A DNA stretch of 63,377 nt, counting the filler, from Folioceros fuciformis (taxonomy: Eukaryota), in NCBI GenBank assembly GCA_049999805.1. It is 6 parts of 6 records of this genome, joined end to end, with 100 filler letters (N's around TTAATTAATTAA, not from the genome) between each part and the next. Parts side by side here need not be neighbours in the genome. Positions count along the whole stretch, not along the records: positions 49,895 to 53,162 come from JBNGIO010005984.1; positions 53,263 to 56,819 come from JBNGIO010005987.1; positions 56,920 to 62,207 come from JBNGIO010005988.1; positions 62,308 to 63,377 come from JBNGIO010006028.1; 2 more parts are not named here. The stretch is one strand, 5' to 3'. Shown here in pieces: positions 50,952 to 62,426 of the stretch. Below the pieces are notes generated by a model, which saw nothing but the letters and a program-made list of their open reading frames with translations, had not been told where the DNA came from and did not search any database. Position numbers and translations under genes: made by a program. Positions within the stretch are counted from its first letter, which is position 1. Each line of letters starts with the position of its first letter.

Positions 50952-52059
50952 CGCAACCGTGATGCTCGTGAACTTTCGATGGTTGTATAAACTATGTTGG
51001 TTTAGTGGGAGTGTTAGGAATGAAACCCTAACATCGTTTATACCTTAGTTACTTAACTGGGGTTAGTTATTGAACTCAAGAGACACTTTGGTTTTGTATA
51101 TAAGTACTCTTTCTTAATTAAATTACACTCTTCTTGTATTATGTCTTTTCTTAGAGAAATGCATGATATAAAACAAACAGCCAGTGCACAAAATCCAGTG
51201 CGAATGTATGCACCAACGCACCACAAGCGAAGTTGACGCGTCGCACAGCGACCATTTTCACCGCTACCTTAGCATGAGATTGAGAGGTGTGGAGTGATTT
51301 CTTGCACCCAAGAACCACCAAAGGGCCACACCTCCCCTTATTGTCGTTGCAGTCTTATGATTCGCTCCCAAGGGAGTGAACTAGTGTCAAGGAACACCTA
51401 TAGCTATCTACTCACACTTCTACCTATCAGTCGGTCTATAGGCCTGACCACACACACACAACAAAGAGGCCAGAAGCCTAGCCTATCTTCAAATCAGCTC
51501 ACACAACTCACACTCCAGATCTTCAGTCCTTTAGCTCTTCATGATTCCCACTTCATTCCTTCCTTCTTCACTTCAGCTCTTCACCCTTCACTTCAGCGCA
51601 CACTCTTGCACCTCAGCAACTTACTCTTCACTTCTATACCCTTCACTCCAACTCTTCCTCTCTTTGCTTCAGCTATCCCCTGGAAATTGGGACACATCGG
51701 CTTCACTCCTTGCAGCCTTCAAGTGTAGTGTGGATACTAGGATTGCATAGCCCTCCTAGCTCACGGTGCTATCACTTCACTTCAGCTAGCCTACGAATCA
51801 TTCAGCCCTTGCGGATCCGGCCACACAGATCTTGGCATTCTTGGGATCCTCCATGTTCCCCTAGTGGCCAGGGAAATCAGAACCTTAGTTCAGTCTCAAC
51901 CGGCTTAGCGCCCTAAGCCAGGAGTTATGCACACAAGGTCTAGGGAAATTGCACCGTAGATAGCCCCCTCTCAATGGCAGGTCTCCCCTCTTATACTGCC
52001 TACCCTCTATCTTTATCTACTAGGGTTAACCTGAATCAATTACCCCACCTCCTTTCTCT

Positions 52060-52267
52060 GACCTAACTAAGTTCTGACCTAAACCTGACCTAGGTATGAC
52101 CTAACCTAACCTAATCTAGGTCTGACCTAACCTGTATCTGACCTAAACCTAACCCAAATCTAACCTAGACCTAATCTAGGTCTGACCTCACCTGTATCTG
52201 ACCTAAACCTAACCCAAATCTAACCTAGACCTAACCTAAGTCTAACCCAGACCTAACCTAACCTAGG
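52060..52267. repeat. Degenerate (AACCT)n array with an about 61-bp higher-order duplication
   Basis: ctaacctaacc motifs; acctaatctaggtctgacct.acctgtatctgacctaaacctaacccaaatctaacctagacc occurs twice. Confidence 0.85.
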
Positions 52268-53162
52268 TGTGAACCTCCAAAGTTTGGGGTAGTAGTTTGT
52301 TTTGGTTGAAAAAGGGTTAATAGTGGTATGGTTTGGTTTTCTTTTTCTACTTATTTTCCCTAATTTTCCTTGATTTTCTGGTCATTTTTCCTATTTTTCT
52401 TTGTGCTAATTAGGTTAATTGACCAGGAAATAGTTAGCTTGGTTATAAGAGTGGGTATAGGTTTGGTCCCAGACCTGGGAAGGTTTAGGTTCGGCACCAG
52501 GCCATCGGGTTGGGTGATTAGTTTAATATTAATTAAAGATATATAATATTAAATGATTAAATAATAATATAATAATATAATAATGGTTTGAACATAGGAA
52601 CGGGTATCTGGGTATGTCAGTGTTAGGGGTCAGGGTCTGACGATAGGCTGGCTGATTGCTTGGCTGGCATGAACGGCCATGGAGGCCATGCCCTAGCTAG
52701 AGCTAGAGGTAGGGGTTGCGGCCGTCTCCATCCCTTTTCCCCCTCCCTTCCTTTCTCCCTTTCTCCCTTCCTCCTCCATTCCCTTCTTGCCCCCTTCCTC
52801 TTCTTCCTCTCTTCCTTCTCAATCTTCCCTCCCTGTTTCTTCTTTGGATCTAGATTGCAGGCGGGAGGAGGGATCGACGGGTGATGCAGGAGAGGAGGCT
52901 GAGGCGAGTTGGGAGGCTGAGGCGAGCTGCAGGATTTGGATGATGCAGGGCCAGGCCTGCCTTCTTCTCCCTTCCCCCCCGATTTCCTTTCCCATTCCCC
53001 TCCTACCCTGTCCTGATTCCCTTCCCAATCTGCAGTCCCGCTGCTGGCGCTACCATCCCCGCTGCTGTCCTGATTTTTGCTGCCCGTGGCTGGGCAATTT
53101 GCTGTTTGCCCCCTCCCGTCGCGGTGCAGCAATCCCCCACCCTAGGCGCCGCTGTCCAGCCT
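52268..53162 (+). mobile_element. TGTGAACC-family repeat (probable LTR start); other copies at 31859-31876 (+), 49713-49794 (+), 56920-57645 (-), about 59195-59910 (-)
   Basis: The terminus TGTGAACCTCCAAAGT(T/C)T is shared by five copies with unrelated flanks, and the three long copies share hundreds of bp. Confidence 0.85.
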
Positions 53163-53786
53163 NNNNNNNNNNNNNNNNNNNNNNNNNNNNNNNNNNNNNN
53201 NNNNNNTTAATTAATTAANNNNNNNNNNNNNNNNNNNNNNNNNNNNNNNNNNNNNNNNNNNNAGGGGCTTGCCCCTAGCTCTTGATTGTAAAGGGTGTGT
53301 CTTTCTCTCAACCTGTCCACTCTTGTTCCTTGCTTGGTCAAGTGCTGTAGGCCGGCCATGTCTCATGGCGTCTGGTAAGGTTGTGGGGAGGAGATACCCA
53401 AGAGGGGAGTGTGTTCCCTTCTTCCTTTTGTTTGGGGTTAGTCTAGTGACTCTTGCCGGGTAGGAGGAGTCCGTAGGGAAGTGTACAAGGTAGTGGTGTC
53501 GTTGCTGGTGTTGGTGCTGGAGTGAGAGAGTAAGTGAAGTGTGTGAGGGAAGTCGCAGATCTGAGAGGTTAGAGTCATTGTAGTGACTGGATTGAGTTTG
53601 TGGGCACCAAAAGAGGTGCAGCTAACCGCCGGACAGCGAGGCCTGTCCTACGCCTGATCGGAGCTGGAGGGGAGCCCTCGAATCCGTCATCGAGTCGATC
53701 AAGTCCGACCCTCCATCCACAGCAGCACGGAACCCCATCGCTCCTTCGTGGGAACGAAACCCAATGTCTCAACGACAATGGGATAA

Positions 53787-54565
53787 GTGTGGCCACTAAA
53801 GGTGGAATCCGTTGGCAATCAGTGCCCGGGGTTTTGCCTCCACAGCAACCAAGCACCAAGGAGGTCACCTTCACCGGGTCGGCAGCTGGTGTACTGTTCT
53901 ATTTGTCACCAATTAGGACACACCCACCAAGAGTGCACTAGGGCTCCCCGCCATGCCGTCAACCAAGTGGACACCTACCTACCAAGAGACTATTGGTACG
54001 TGGATGACTCCTATCAGGTACAGGCTGTGACTGCTCCTCAAGCACCACAGTCCATTCGGCCATCTTTCCAACCACCAGGACCTCCTGGAATGAGGTATGG
54101 TCCTCGTCCAGTATCTCCAAGCCATTGGAGGCCAGATCCGTCCCAGCGTCCACAAGTGGTGGCAGCAGGTTGTTGTTTTAATTGTGGCTTGCCGGGACAC
54201 TATGCTAACGAGTGCACAGAGCCACGTAGGCAACTTGGATTTGTGCCGTTTTGTCAGGTGTGTAAGGATCCAGGGCACAGGGCTGGGGATCCAAGGTGTT
54301 CGGGCATCCCTAGGCCTGCGCTGCCTAGATCTGGAGTGAGGATCACGGAGGCACCGCAAGAGGGACTTCCTCCTGCGGTGGAGACAACAACTCCAGTGAC
54401 AAGCGCACTTGTGTTGTCGGTGGAGGCTGAGGAGGAGCCTTTGATTGACTCTCAAGCATTTTCTGGCATTGTGGAGGAGGGATATTCAGGCGAAGCTAGC
54501 GATGGTGAAGAAGTCATGGTGGCAAGGGTCACCACTCGTTCTGAACGTCGTTATCGGGAGAGGAC
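53787..54565 (+). mobile_element. Gypsy-like gag remnant with three CCHC knuckles
   Basis: CSICHQLGHTHQEC, CFNCGLPGHYANEC and CQVCKDPGHRAGDPRC, then VTTRS; it lies immediately downstream of a putative LTR end and PBS. Confidence 0.7.
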
Positions 54566-56819
54566 GTACCATGACCTTTGATGCTCAAGCCTGTACGTGT
54601 AACTTCATCACCTAACAGAACTTTGTCAGAGGTGAGAGATGCCTTGTAATAATGGAATATGGACCGATTATTACAGATGTGAGACGTGGCCCCAGAGTCT
54701 AGGTACCAAGTGTGTGGGGAGTGAAATGCAGACGAGACAAAACAAACTGTCATTACAACAGGTTGCTTGTGAGGTGTCGACGAAGATGGTCGGTCCTTGG
54801 TGGCAGCAACATGTGCTTCAGCCTGTAGAGAAGGCTTCTCAGCTTTGCGTGCCTCACCAGCTTTCTTTTTCCTGCATTCTCTTTCCCAATGGCCCTGGAT
54901 ACCACACCAGTTGCATGATCCAGCCCGTTTTGTCGAGCCAGGTTTGAAACCTGCTCCAGAGGGAGGCCGTTGTTTGCTAAACCTGCCCTTGGTGAACAAA
55001 ACCTTGTCAGTCTTCGTTTTGCCACCGTGGTAAGTGGACGTGAGTCTGCTTTGTTCCTCCTGCAACAGAGGTCCAATCACGTCGGAAAGATTTATGTTTG
55101 TGGGTTGTCCTGCAGCTCGTGCAGCATCAGCAGCCCGGACTGTAGCTCCATAGCTAGAAACAAAAGTTTGGTAGCTAGGAGGCAAGCTCGTCAGCAGCTG
55201 ACTAACAGCGTCGAGCTCAGGGAACTGTGAACCAAGGTGGATTAGTTGGGCTCGCAATTGTCTGAAGCGGATGACAAAAGGAGACACCTTGTCACCTTCC
55301 TTGAGACGTAAGGAAAACAGTTCACCACGAACAGCACACATGGTAAGAATATTCTTAGCCTCATATGTCTGTGTGAGAAGAGTCCAGATCTCTTCAGCCT
55401 TGGTAAGAAAAGCGACATCGGCGAGAAGAGATTCGTCCAGCCCGCTAATCAAGACGGCGCGTGCAACGTAATTCAGGTTCGCCCACTTGTCCTTTTCTTC
55501 TTGTGTGGCAGATTGTGCCGGTTCCTTAAGCGTGCCAATAACAACTCCCCATACATGCCGAGCTTGCAGGGCAGCTGTCATGCGCACCTTCCAGCCTTCA
55601 AATTTCAGGCCATTGAATCTGTCTCGCTCCTTAAACTCCACAGAATAAGATGGCTGTGGGATGACAGGAACTGCAGGAAGAGAGGGGACAGTTCCACCTC
55701 CGCCTCCTCCCCCTCCACCTCCACTTCCGGTACCGCTTCCTCCTCCGCTTCCAGTAGCCATGACCTTTATTTCAGAAGGAGATCAGGACGGATGATCAGA
55801 CCGCCCAAGATCTTCTTCGAAGAATGGATCATGCTACAAGAAAGGTTGACAATCGGAAGAGAAGCGCGTAGCGGGAGAGAGGTAAAGTCAGGGTTTCTAG
55901 ATCTTGCAGCAGAGAGCGCTTGTGACAATTGGTAGCACGCTGGATGTCACCGGAGTCATGCTGCAGGGGCGTCCGCAACAACCAAGAGAACCAGTCTTCA
56001 GGCACCCGCAACCAGAGTTCAGGAAGAATCACAGCTTCGAGGCAAGGGTGCACCGCTTCAGGTTTAAGATGTGCGACGCTTCAGACTGGGAAGGCCCACG
56101 AGACAGATTTCTTCAGGCCCGCTCAACTGCAGACACCGCTTGAGATCTCGAGCGCATCGCTGGATTGGAAAGAACACAACTTCCACGATGGATCGCGGAT
56201 CCCAGCTAGAATCATGCCTTGCCGAACGTCGCTTCAGGCCTGGCGATGCCACGTGCCTGAGCTGAACGCTACGGTGCCGTTGGTGGCTCCCGCGATCTGG
56301 ATTTCTCGCGATTGAAAACAAGCACCTGCAACAAATCTGCGACTGTGGAAGACGCTCCGGAATGAGAGGTAAGATTCCGCACCAGTTCTGTCAAATCGCG
56401 CACTTCCTCAAGCAAGGTTGTTTGTATTCGCAATAAAAGATCGATGGCCGCCAGAACTTCTTTGTGTCGAGCAAATTGCACCTCACCCTGGTGGGATAAG
56501 GCCGCCAACAATGCTGACTTTGTAGCTATCAATCTGTCGTCGAGCACTCTGTATGCTCCTACAATTTCAAGTAAGTCTGTTGAACCAGAACTGAGGGTAT
56601 TCCTCAACTCGACTTTTGGTTGCCCTTCAACGCGATTGGGTGATCGAGAGAAAGGTAAGTTGTATGAGATGTCATCCTGTCCAGCCCTGTTGTCTCGAGC
56701 ATGTCTGGATGATCCCACATGTTGTCTGAAATTGTGATGGCTACAGGGCGCGCCATTCGGATGCTCGACACGAGATCGTCTTCGTCGAGACATCTTTGAC
56801 TGTCATCATCTGCTGCTCT
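54566..56819 (-). mobile_element. Copia element 5' internal region: upstream ORF, intact gag and protease, truncated
   Basis: The ORF from 55761 has EFKERDRFNG..WKVRM, a UBN2-type gag, CNWCGIQGHWEREC and WYLDSGATSHIC. An extra same-strand ORF lies at 56793-56269. Confidence 0.92.
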
Positions 56820-57645
56820 NNNNNNNNNNNNNNNNNNNNNNNNNNNNNNNNNNNNNNNNNNNNTTAATTAATTAANNNNNNNNNNNNNNNNNNNNNNNNN
56901 NNNNNNNNNNNNNNNNNNNACCGTATACGGTCCGTATACGTACACCACCACCCCCTTATATTTTATACAATTTAGATACGTATTTAATATGTACTGATAC
57001 ATATCCCCGTATTTCTTTTCTTTTTATTTTCCTATTTTCCTATTTTTCTATTTTCATCCCTATTTTCCTAGATTTAATTCCAGAAATTCCAATTCAACTT
57101 TGTTTCACCTGCTTTCTTGTCCTCCTAGTTCGGGGCCTATTCCAGCACCCCAGGGTCAGTATTCCATGGCCGAGGAACCATTTCGGCTGGAAGCTGATTC
57201 CGCTGAATAAGCTACCGTTTTCAGGCCAGGTTCCTGCTGCTAATCCCATTGCTTCTTACCTCCTCTCCTCCCCTGGAGGCTGGCTCAGCCACCAAGGGTG
57301 AACCATTATTTTATTACTATTCTATTATTATTTAATCATTAAATATTATATATCTTTAATTAATATTAAACTAATCACCAGACTTAGACTCAAACTTTCC
57401 CAACCCTATGGCCCGGTACCGGACCTAAACTTTCCCAGGTCTGGAACCAGACCTGTACCCACTGTAATAACCAAACCAATTATTTCCTAGTCAATTAACC
57501 TAATTAGCACAAAGAAAAATAGGAAAAATGACCAGAAAATAAAGAAAAATTAGGGAAAAGAAGTAGAAAAAGAAAACCAAACATACCACTACCAACCCTT
57601 TTTCAACCAAAACAAACTACCTACCCCAGACTTTGGAGGTTCACA

Positions 57646-59190
57646 TGCCCCCCTTCTCCACTGTTTGCGTCCTCGCAAACAACTAACCCTCTCATGGTTG
57701 ATAGTACTTCTTGACTTGCCATCTACCCAACCAACACCAAATTCTTTGTGATGTTTGGGTACGTGAAAAACATCTACCAAGCACTTCACTTGGCCATCTT
57801 GCATCTTCAGAGGTACAATTCCTGTGTGCACAATTGCATGTGTTGTGTCATCTCCAGTTTCCACATATCCAGCTGGGTTTGTCAAGCACCTGCATTTCTT
57901 TGAACCACTCCCCATAGCATGTCATGTGGTTCGAAGCTCCTAAGTCCACATACCACACAATCTCACAATTGTTGGATTCATTAGCAGACACAGAGTTAAG
58001 CATATGCTGCATGACAAACAAGTTGTCCGAGTCATTCTGATTGCTGTTAGAGGCATCATTGTTCTGCTGCCTCCTATTGCCTTGATTTCTCCGCGGACAG
58101 TCTCTTTCGAAGTGGTCTAACCTACCACAAGTCCAACAACCACTATTGTCTGCATTTGCATCATTTTGTTATTGATTTCCACATCCTCTTTGACTCCCCT
58201 AGCCTCGAGAATTTTCTCCTCTTCTACGTGTACTCTTGTACTGAGACTCCTGATTCTATTGCTGATTTTGGTGGGAATTTCGACCTCTACCCCCTCTTTG
58301 CCCTTTGCCACCTTGGGCTCTACCTCTGCCTCTGCCATAGTAGAAGGCCTGCTTAGAGTTTTCCTTAGGCTTAGAGGATGATTCCTCACCTAGGTTTTTC
58401 TCCTCTACGATCAACATAGAAATCAGGTCTGCGAAATTGGGAATGTTTTCCCGAGTCTGTATGGAAGTCTTGAACTGCTTATAGGCAGGTGTTAACCCGT
58501 GCAAGCAAACTTTGACCTTGTCATCATCTTCCACACTGACACCAATGGACGCAAGGGATTCCACTATCCCTTTGATCTTTAATGCGTACTCATTGATTGT
58601 CAAGTTCTTCTTCATAACTATGTTGAAGTCATTCTTCAACTGTAGTTTCCTTGCCTTCGTGTTAGTCTCATAGAGTTTGACCAGCTCATCCCATGCTTCT
58701 TTGGGCGACTCTGCATCCTAAATGTGCCCAATCATGGTGTCATGAATGCTGATTGATAGCCAATACATGACCTTCCGAGATCCTTGACTCCAATCCTTCA
58801 GCGCCTTAATCTGCTCCGCTGTTGCATTCCGTTCAAGTACTACAGGGGATTTTTCATGCTCCCCCTCAATGTAGTCCCAATACCCCTTTCCCATAAGAAA
58901 GTTTGTAAACCGAAACTTCCAGGCATGGAAGTTGTTTTTGTCCAGCTTCTCCTGCATGATCTGGTTAATACTATCACTGGCCATTCCTGCCACCACTCAA
59001 GGTTGACACTCAATCCTTCTTGAGTACTCACACCTAGTAAATGTCTGCAAGAACCAGACTCCTTCTGACTAGAGTTTTACTCACAAGACCTTAAGTCTCT
59101 GCTTCCTGAGAGCAATCTAGTGCGGAATCATGCTGCCTTGCGTGAACTAGATTGTCTCATGCTCCGTGTCCTTACAGACTCTTGACGGTC
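57646..59190 (-). mobile_element. Copia gag-protease fragment (same lineage as the 47177 element)
   Basis: EKLDKNNFHAWKFRFTNFLMGKGYWD, RG-rich linker, degenerate knuckle, WYVDLGASNHM, VETGDDTTH; frameshifted. Confidence 0.92.
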
Positions 59191-59910
59191 TCCTCGGAAA
59201 TCGGGACAGGGAAGGAAGGGAATGGGGCAAGAAATCAGCGGGAAGAAGAAGGCAGGCCTGGCCATGCATCGGCCAAATCCTCTAGCTTGCCTCAACCTCC
59301 TCTTGTGCACACATTCAGCCCCATTACCGGTGATCCCTTCTCCTACCTGGAATGTGAATCCAAAGAAGCGGGACAAAGAGATGGAGAGGGAAGGGGAAGA
59401 AGAAGAAGAGGAGGCAAGAGGAAAATGAAGGAGGAAGGGAGAAAGGGAGGGAGGAATGGGAGCGGCCATAGCCCCTGCCCTAGCTAGGGCACGGCCTCCA
59501 TGGCCGTTTAGTCCAGCCAGACCCTCTGACCCCCTGACATACCCCAGATTCCCATTCCTAGGTTCAAACCATTATTTTATTCATTTTTATTATTCTATTA
59601 TTATTTGATCATTTAATACTATATACCTTTAATTAATAATAAACCAAATCACCAAACCTAGACTCAAACTTTCCCGACCCTATGGATCGGTACCGGACCT
59701 AAACTTTCCCAGGTCTGGGACCAAACCTATACCCACTCTTATAACCAAACCAACTATTTCCTACTCAATTAACCTAATTAGTACAAAGAAAAATAGGAAA
59801 AATTACCAGAAAATAAAGGAAAAATAAGTAGAAAAAGAAAACCAAACCATACCACTATTAACCCTTTTTCAACCAAAACAAACCACTACCCCAAACTTTG
59901 GAGGTTCACA

Positions 59911-61135
59911 CTCCTCTTGCAGGAGAGCACTAATTACCTCAATGGTGTTGACAACAGCAGACTGACCAGCAGCCACAGCCTTATGGGAGTCTCGCAACGC
60001 AGAGTTCTGACTGGAGACAAAGGTCTAGTAAGATGATGGAAGGCTGGCCAAGAGCTGAGCAGTGGCGTTCAGATCATACATCTTGCTCCCTAACGCGGCT
60101 AGCTGAGCCCGTAGGGTGCGCATCCAAGTGATGTGTGCTCTAACCGAGTCCCCTTCCTTCAGTCTTAAACCATAAAAGTTCTACCTAGCAGCATCCAAGG
60201 TAAGGATATTATTAACTTGGTATGTCTGTGTAAGCTGATCCCAAACTGCTACAACTGTGTCGAGGAAATCCACTTCAGTTACTGTGACCTCATCCAAGCC
60301 AAACAATAAAATCGCAAATGCATCATTATTCCCCTTCTTCCACTTCTCTATCTCATCTACTGATCTTGGTGGAACTGTTGTGGCAGGATCAGCAAGGGAG
60401 CCATCAACATACTCCCAAACATCATGGGCCTCAAGATGGGCCTTCATACGAGCTCTCCATCTCTCAAAACGAAAAGGTTTACCATCAAACCGATCCTTTT
60501 CCTTAAACTCTCCTGAATATGTGTTTCCCATTTGAACATTAATAGGTGGATTAGACAGAGGTGGAGCTGGCAGGGGATGAGTACTTGCCATTGTGTTTCC
60601 TACACCAAGACTTGGTACAGACGGGGAGGCTGAATAGAGCTAAGAGAGCACATCTATATCAGAGTTACTATCGCTATCTACTGGGGATCTCAACATAGCA
60701 ATGACAGCAAGAGATGCGAGGAGGCCATCCCAGAATTGAACATGTACATTAAAATAGAAGTTAGGTCATAATTGAATTCGAAGGTATCATGAACCCTAAT
60801 TTTAAATCCCATGACAATTAACGAATAACTACCTGTACCTTTTCAGCTGAAGGTGAAGGGGAAAACCTAAGTGCCTCCAGAGCATAAGACTAACCGTCAC
60901 TCACACTCATGTTGCTTGGAATTTGCCTCTAATGTTTGGCACAAAAAGAACAAGCTGTGAAGATCTTCGAGTTGATGAGCCAATGGGATACTGATCCAAC
61001 ATCCTCCTATTCTGGAGAGATATCAGTTGGAATCAGCGTTGGCATGAAGAGAGCAGTAGTTGGTGGACGAGGAGAGGGTGAAGATGAATCTCCAGTAGCT
61101 CCAGTACGAGTGTGAACCTCTGTGGTGGAAAGAAT
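59911..61135 (-). mobile_element. Copia gag fragment plus 5' leader
   Basis: From 60591: EFKEKDRFDG..WRARMKAHLEAHDVW, continuing past stops through LKEGDSV and LLASLPSSY to LLQEE, where the TGTGAACC element begins. Confidence 0.88.
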
Positions 61136-62426
61136 CCGGGGACACCCAGGGGCTTCCCTCTAGCGGCCACACCTATCCCGCTGTCGTGTAGTCTAGCAGG
61201 TTTCATTCCCTCGAAGGAGGGCCTGTCCTAGTTGTGTGTGTGCGACTCTATTTGTACCTTTCTTCTACCACGACCCTCGCGAACCTGAATACACCTCCTG
61301 CCTGCCAAACACGCCTCTGCTGTCGGCGACTCACTCCAGTAGGATGCCCACGAGTGTGCGTGCGAAGCACGGCACCTCACACCCAGGCGTCTGGGCCGTC
61401 ACGATCCCCACCAAGCTACCAGGCGCTGCAGACGACGCAGCCGGCAGGAGCGCACTTGTTGGAACACGAACAAGTGTGTTCAGGCTTGGTAAGAAACAAA
61501 GACCGACCATTTTATCTCTTGAGCCCTATGACTCTTATAGAATTCCTGGCTACTGTCGGTTGGGGTGGTTGATCGGGTAGGCAGCCATTGATGGTCCCTC
61601 ACCTGCTACAGCGCTTAAGCGCATTAAACAGTGTCTTTAAACGCTTAAACCACCCCTCCTACCACGTCTATCCTAACTACCCAACTCTATTGGGGACGCT
61701 TTGGTGGGCAGGTCAGAAGGACAACCTTCGCGTCCTTTTCCCTGCAGAATCCAACACACTCGATGGCTTTGGAAAATTGTTGCTCACGTCGGGCTTGATA
61801 TTCCCCTCCTTCATCGACAAAAAGCTTGGCCCCTGCTTCAAGATTGGTTCCCTGGGGAGCAGAAGGCTGCACAACTCTGATCTTACCGAACTACCCTACA
61901 AGAATCTGTCTTGCCAACTCGTCCCGTCTTGCCTGTTCCTCTGGAAATACCGCAGGCCTTCCTCTTCCACCTAGCGACACAGTAGGTTGGACTCTCTCGC
62001 TGTAACCCCCGAGCTGCTACTCCACTGGGAACCATTACCTATCTTTTCTTCGTTCTCCTGTTTCTGTGGCACTTGGTCAAAATGCTGAAAGCAAGTGCCA
62101 GCCTATCACACTGGCCACCCGCCGTGTCGTCGTCTGACTTTTCCTGCAAGCAACTTGAGTCCTCTTCTGCCGAGCCATGACTGCGTCAGCGTTAGGGAAA
62201 GACGCTGNNNNNNNNNNNNNNNNNNNNNNNNNNNNNNNNNNNNNNNNNNNNTTAATTAATTAANNNNNNNNNNNNNNNNNNNNNNNNNNNNNNNNNNNNN
62301 NNNNNNNAGAGCCCTGCGCATACAATCAGATGGACCTTCAAAGTATCAGCAACCAAGCTGCAAGCCAATGCTGTTTTCGTTTTGACTTGTTCTTTTTAAT
62401 TCTAACACCCTAACCTGATACAGGAA

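Noticed and set aside
53650..53790. Possible hammerhead ribozyme (retrozyme), suggested by CTGATC and CGAAAC near hairpins
   Set aside because: The required CUGANGA core is not present next to the helix preceding GAAAC.
59190..59915. CTCCT on both sides of the 59195-59910 TGTGAACC copy as a TSD
   Set aside because: The inner end lacks CA and the two flanks belong to different Copia elements; chance or deletion microhomology is more likely.
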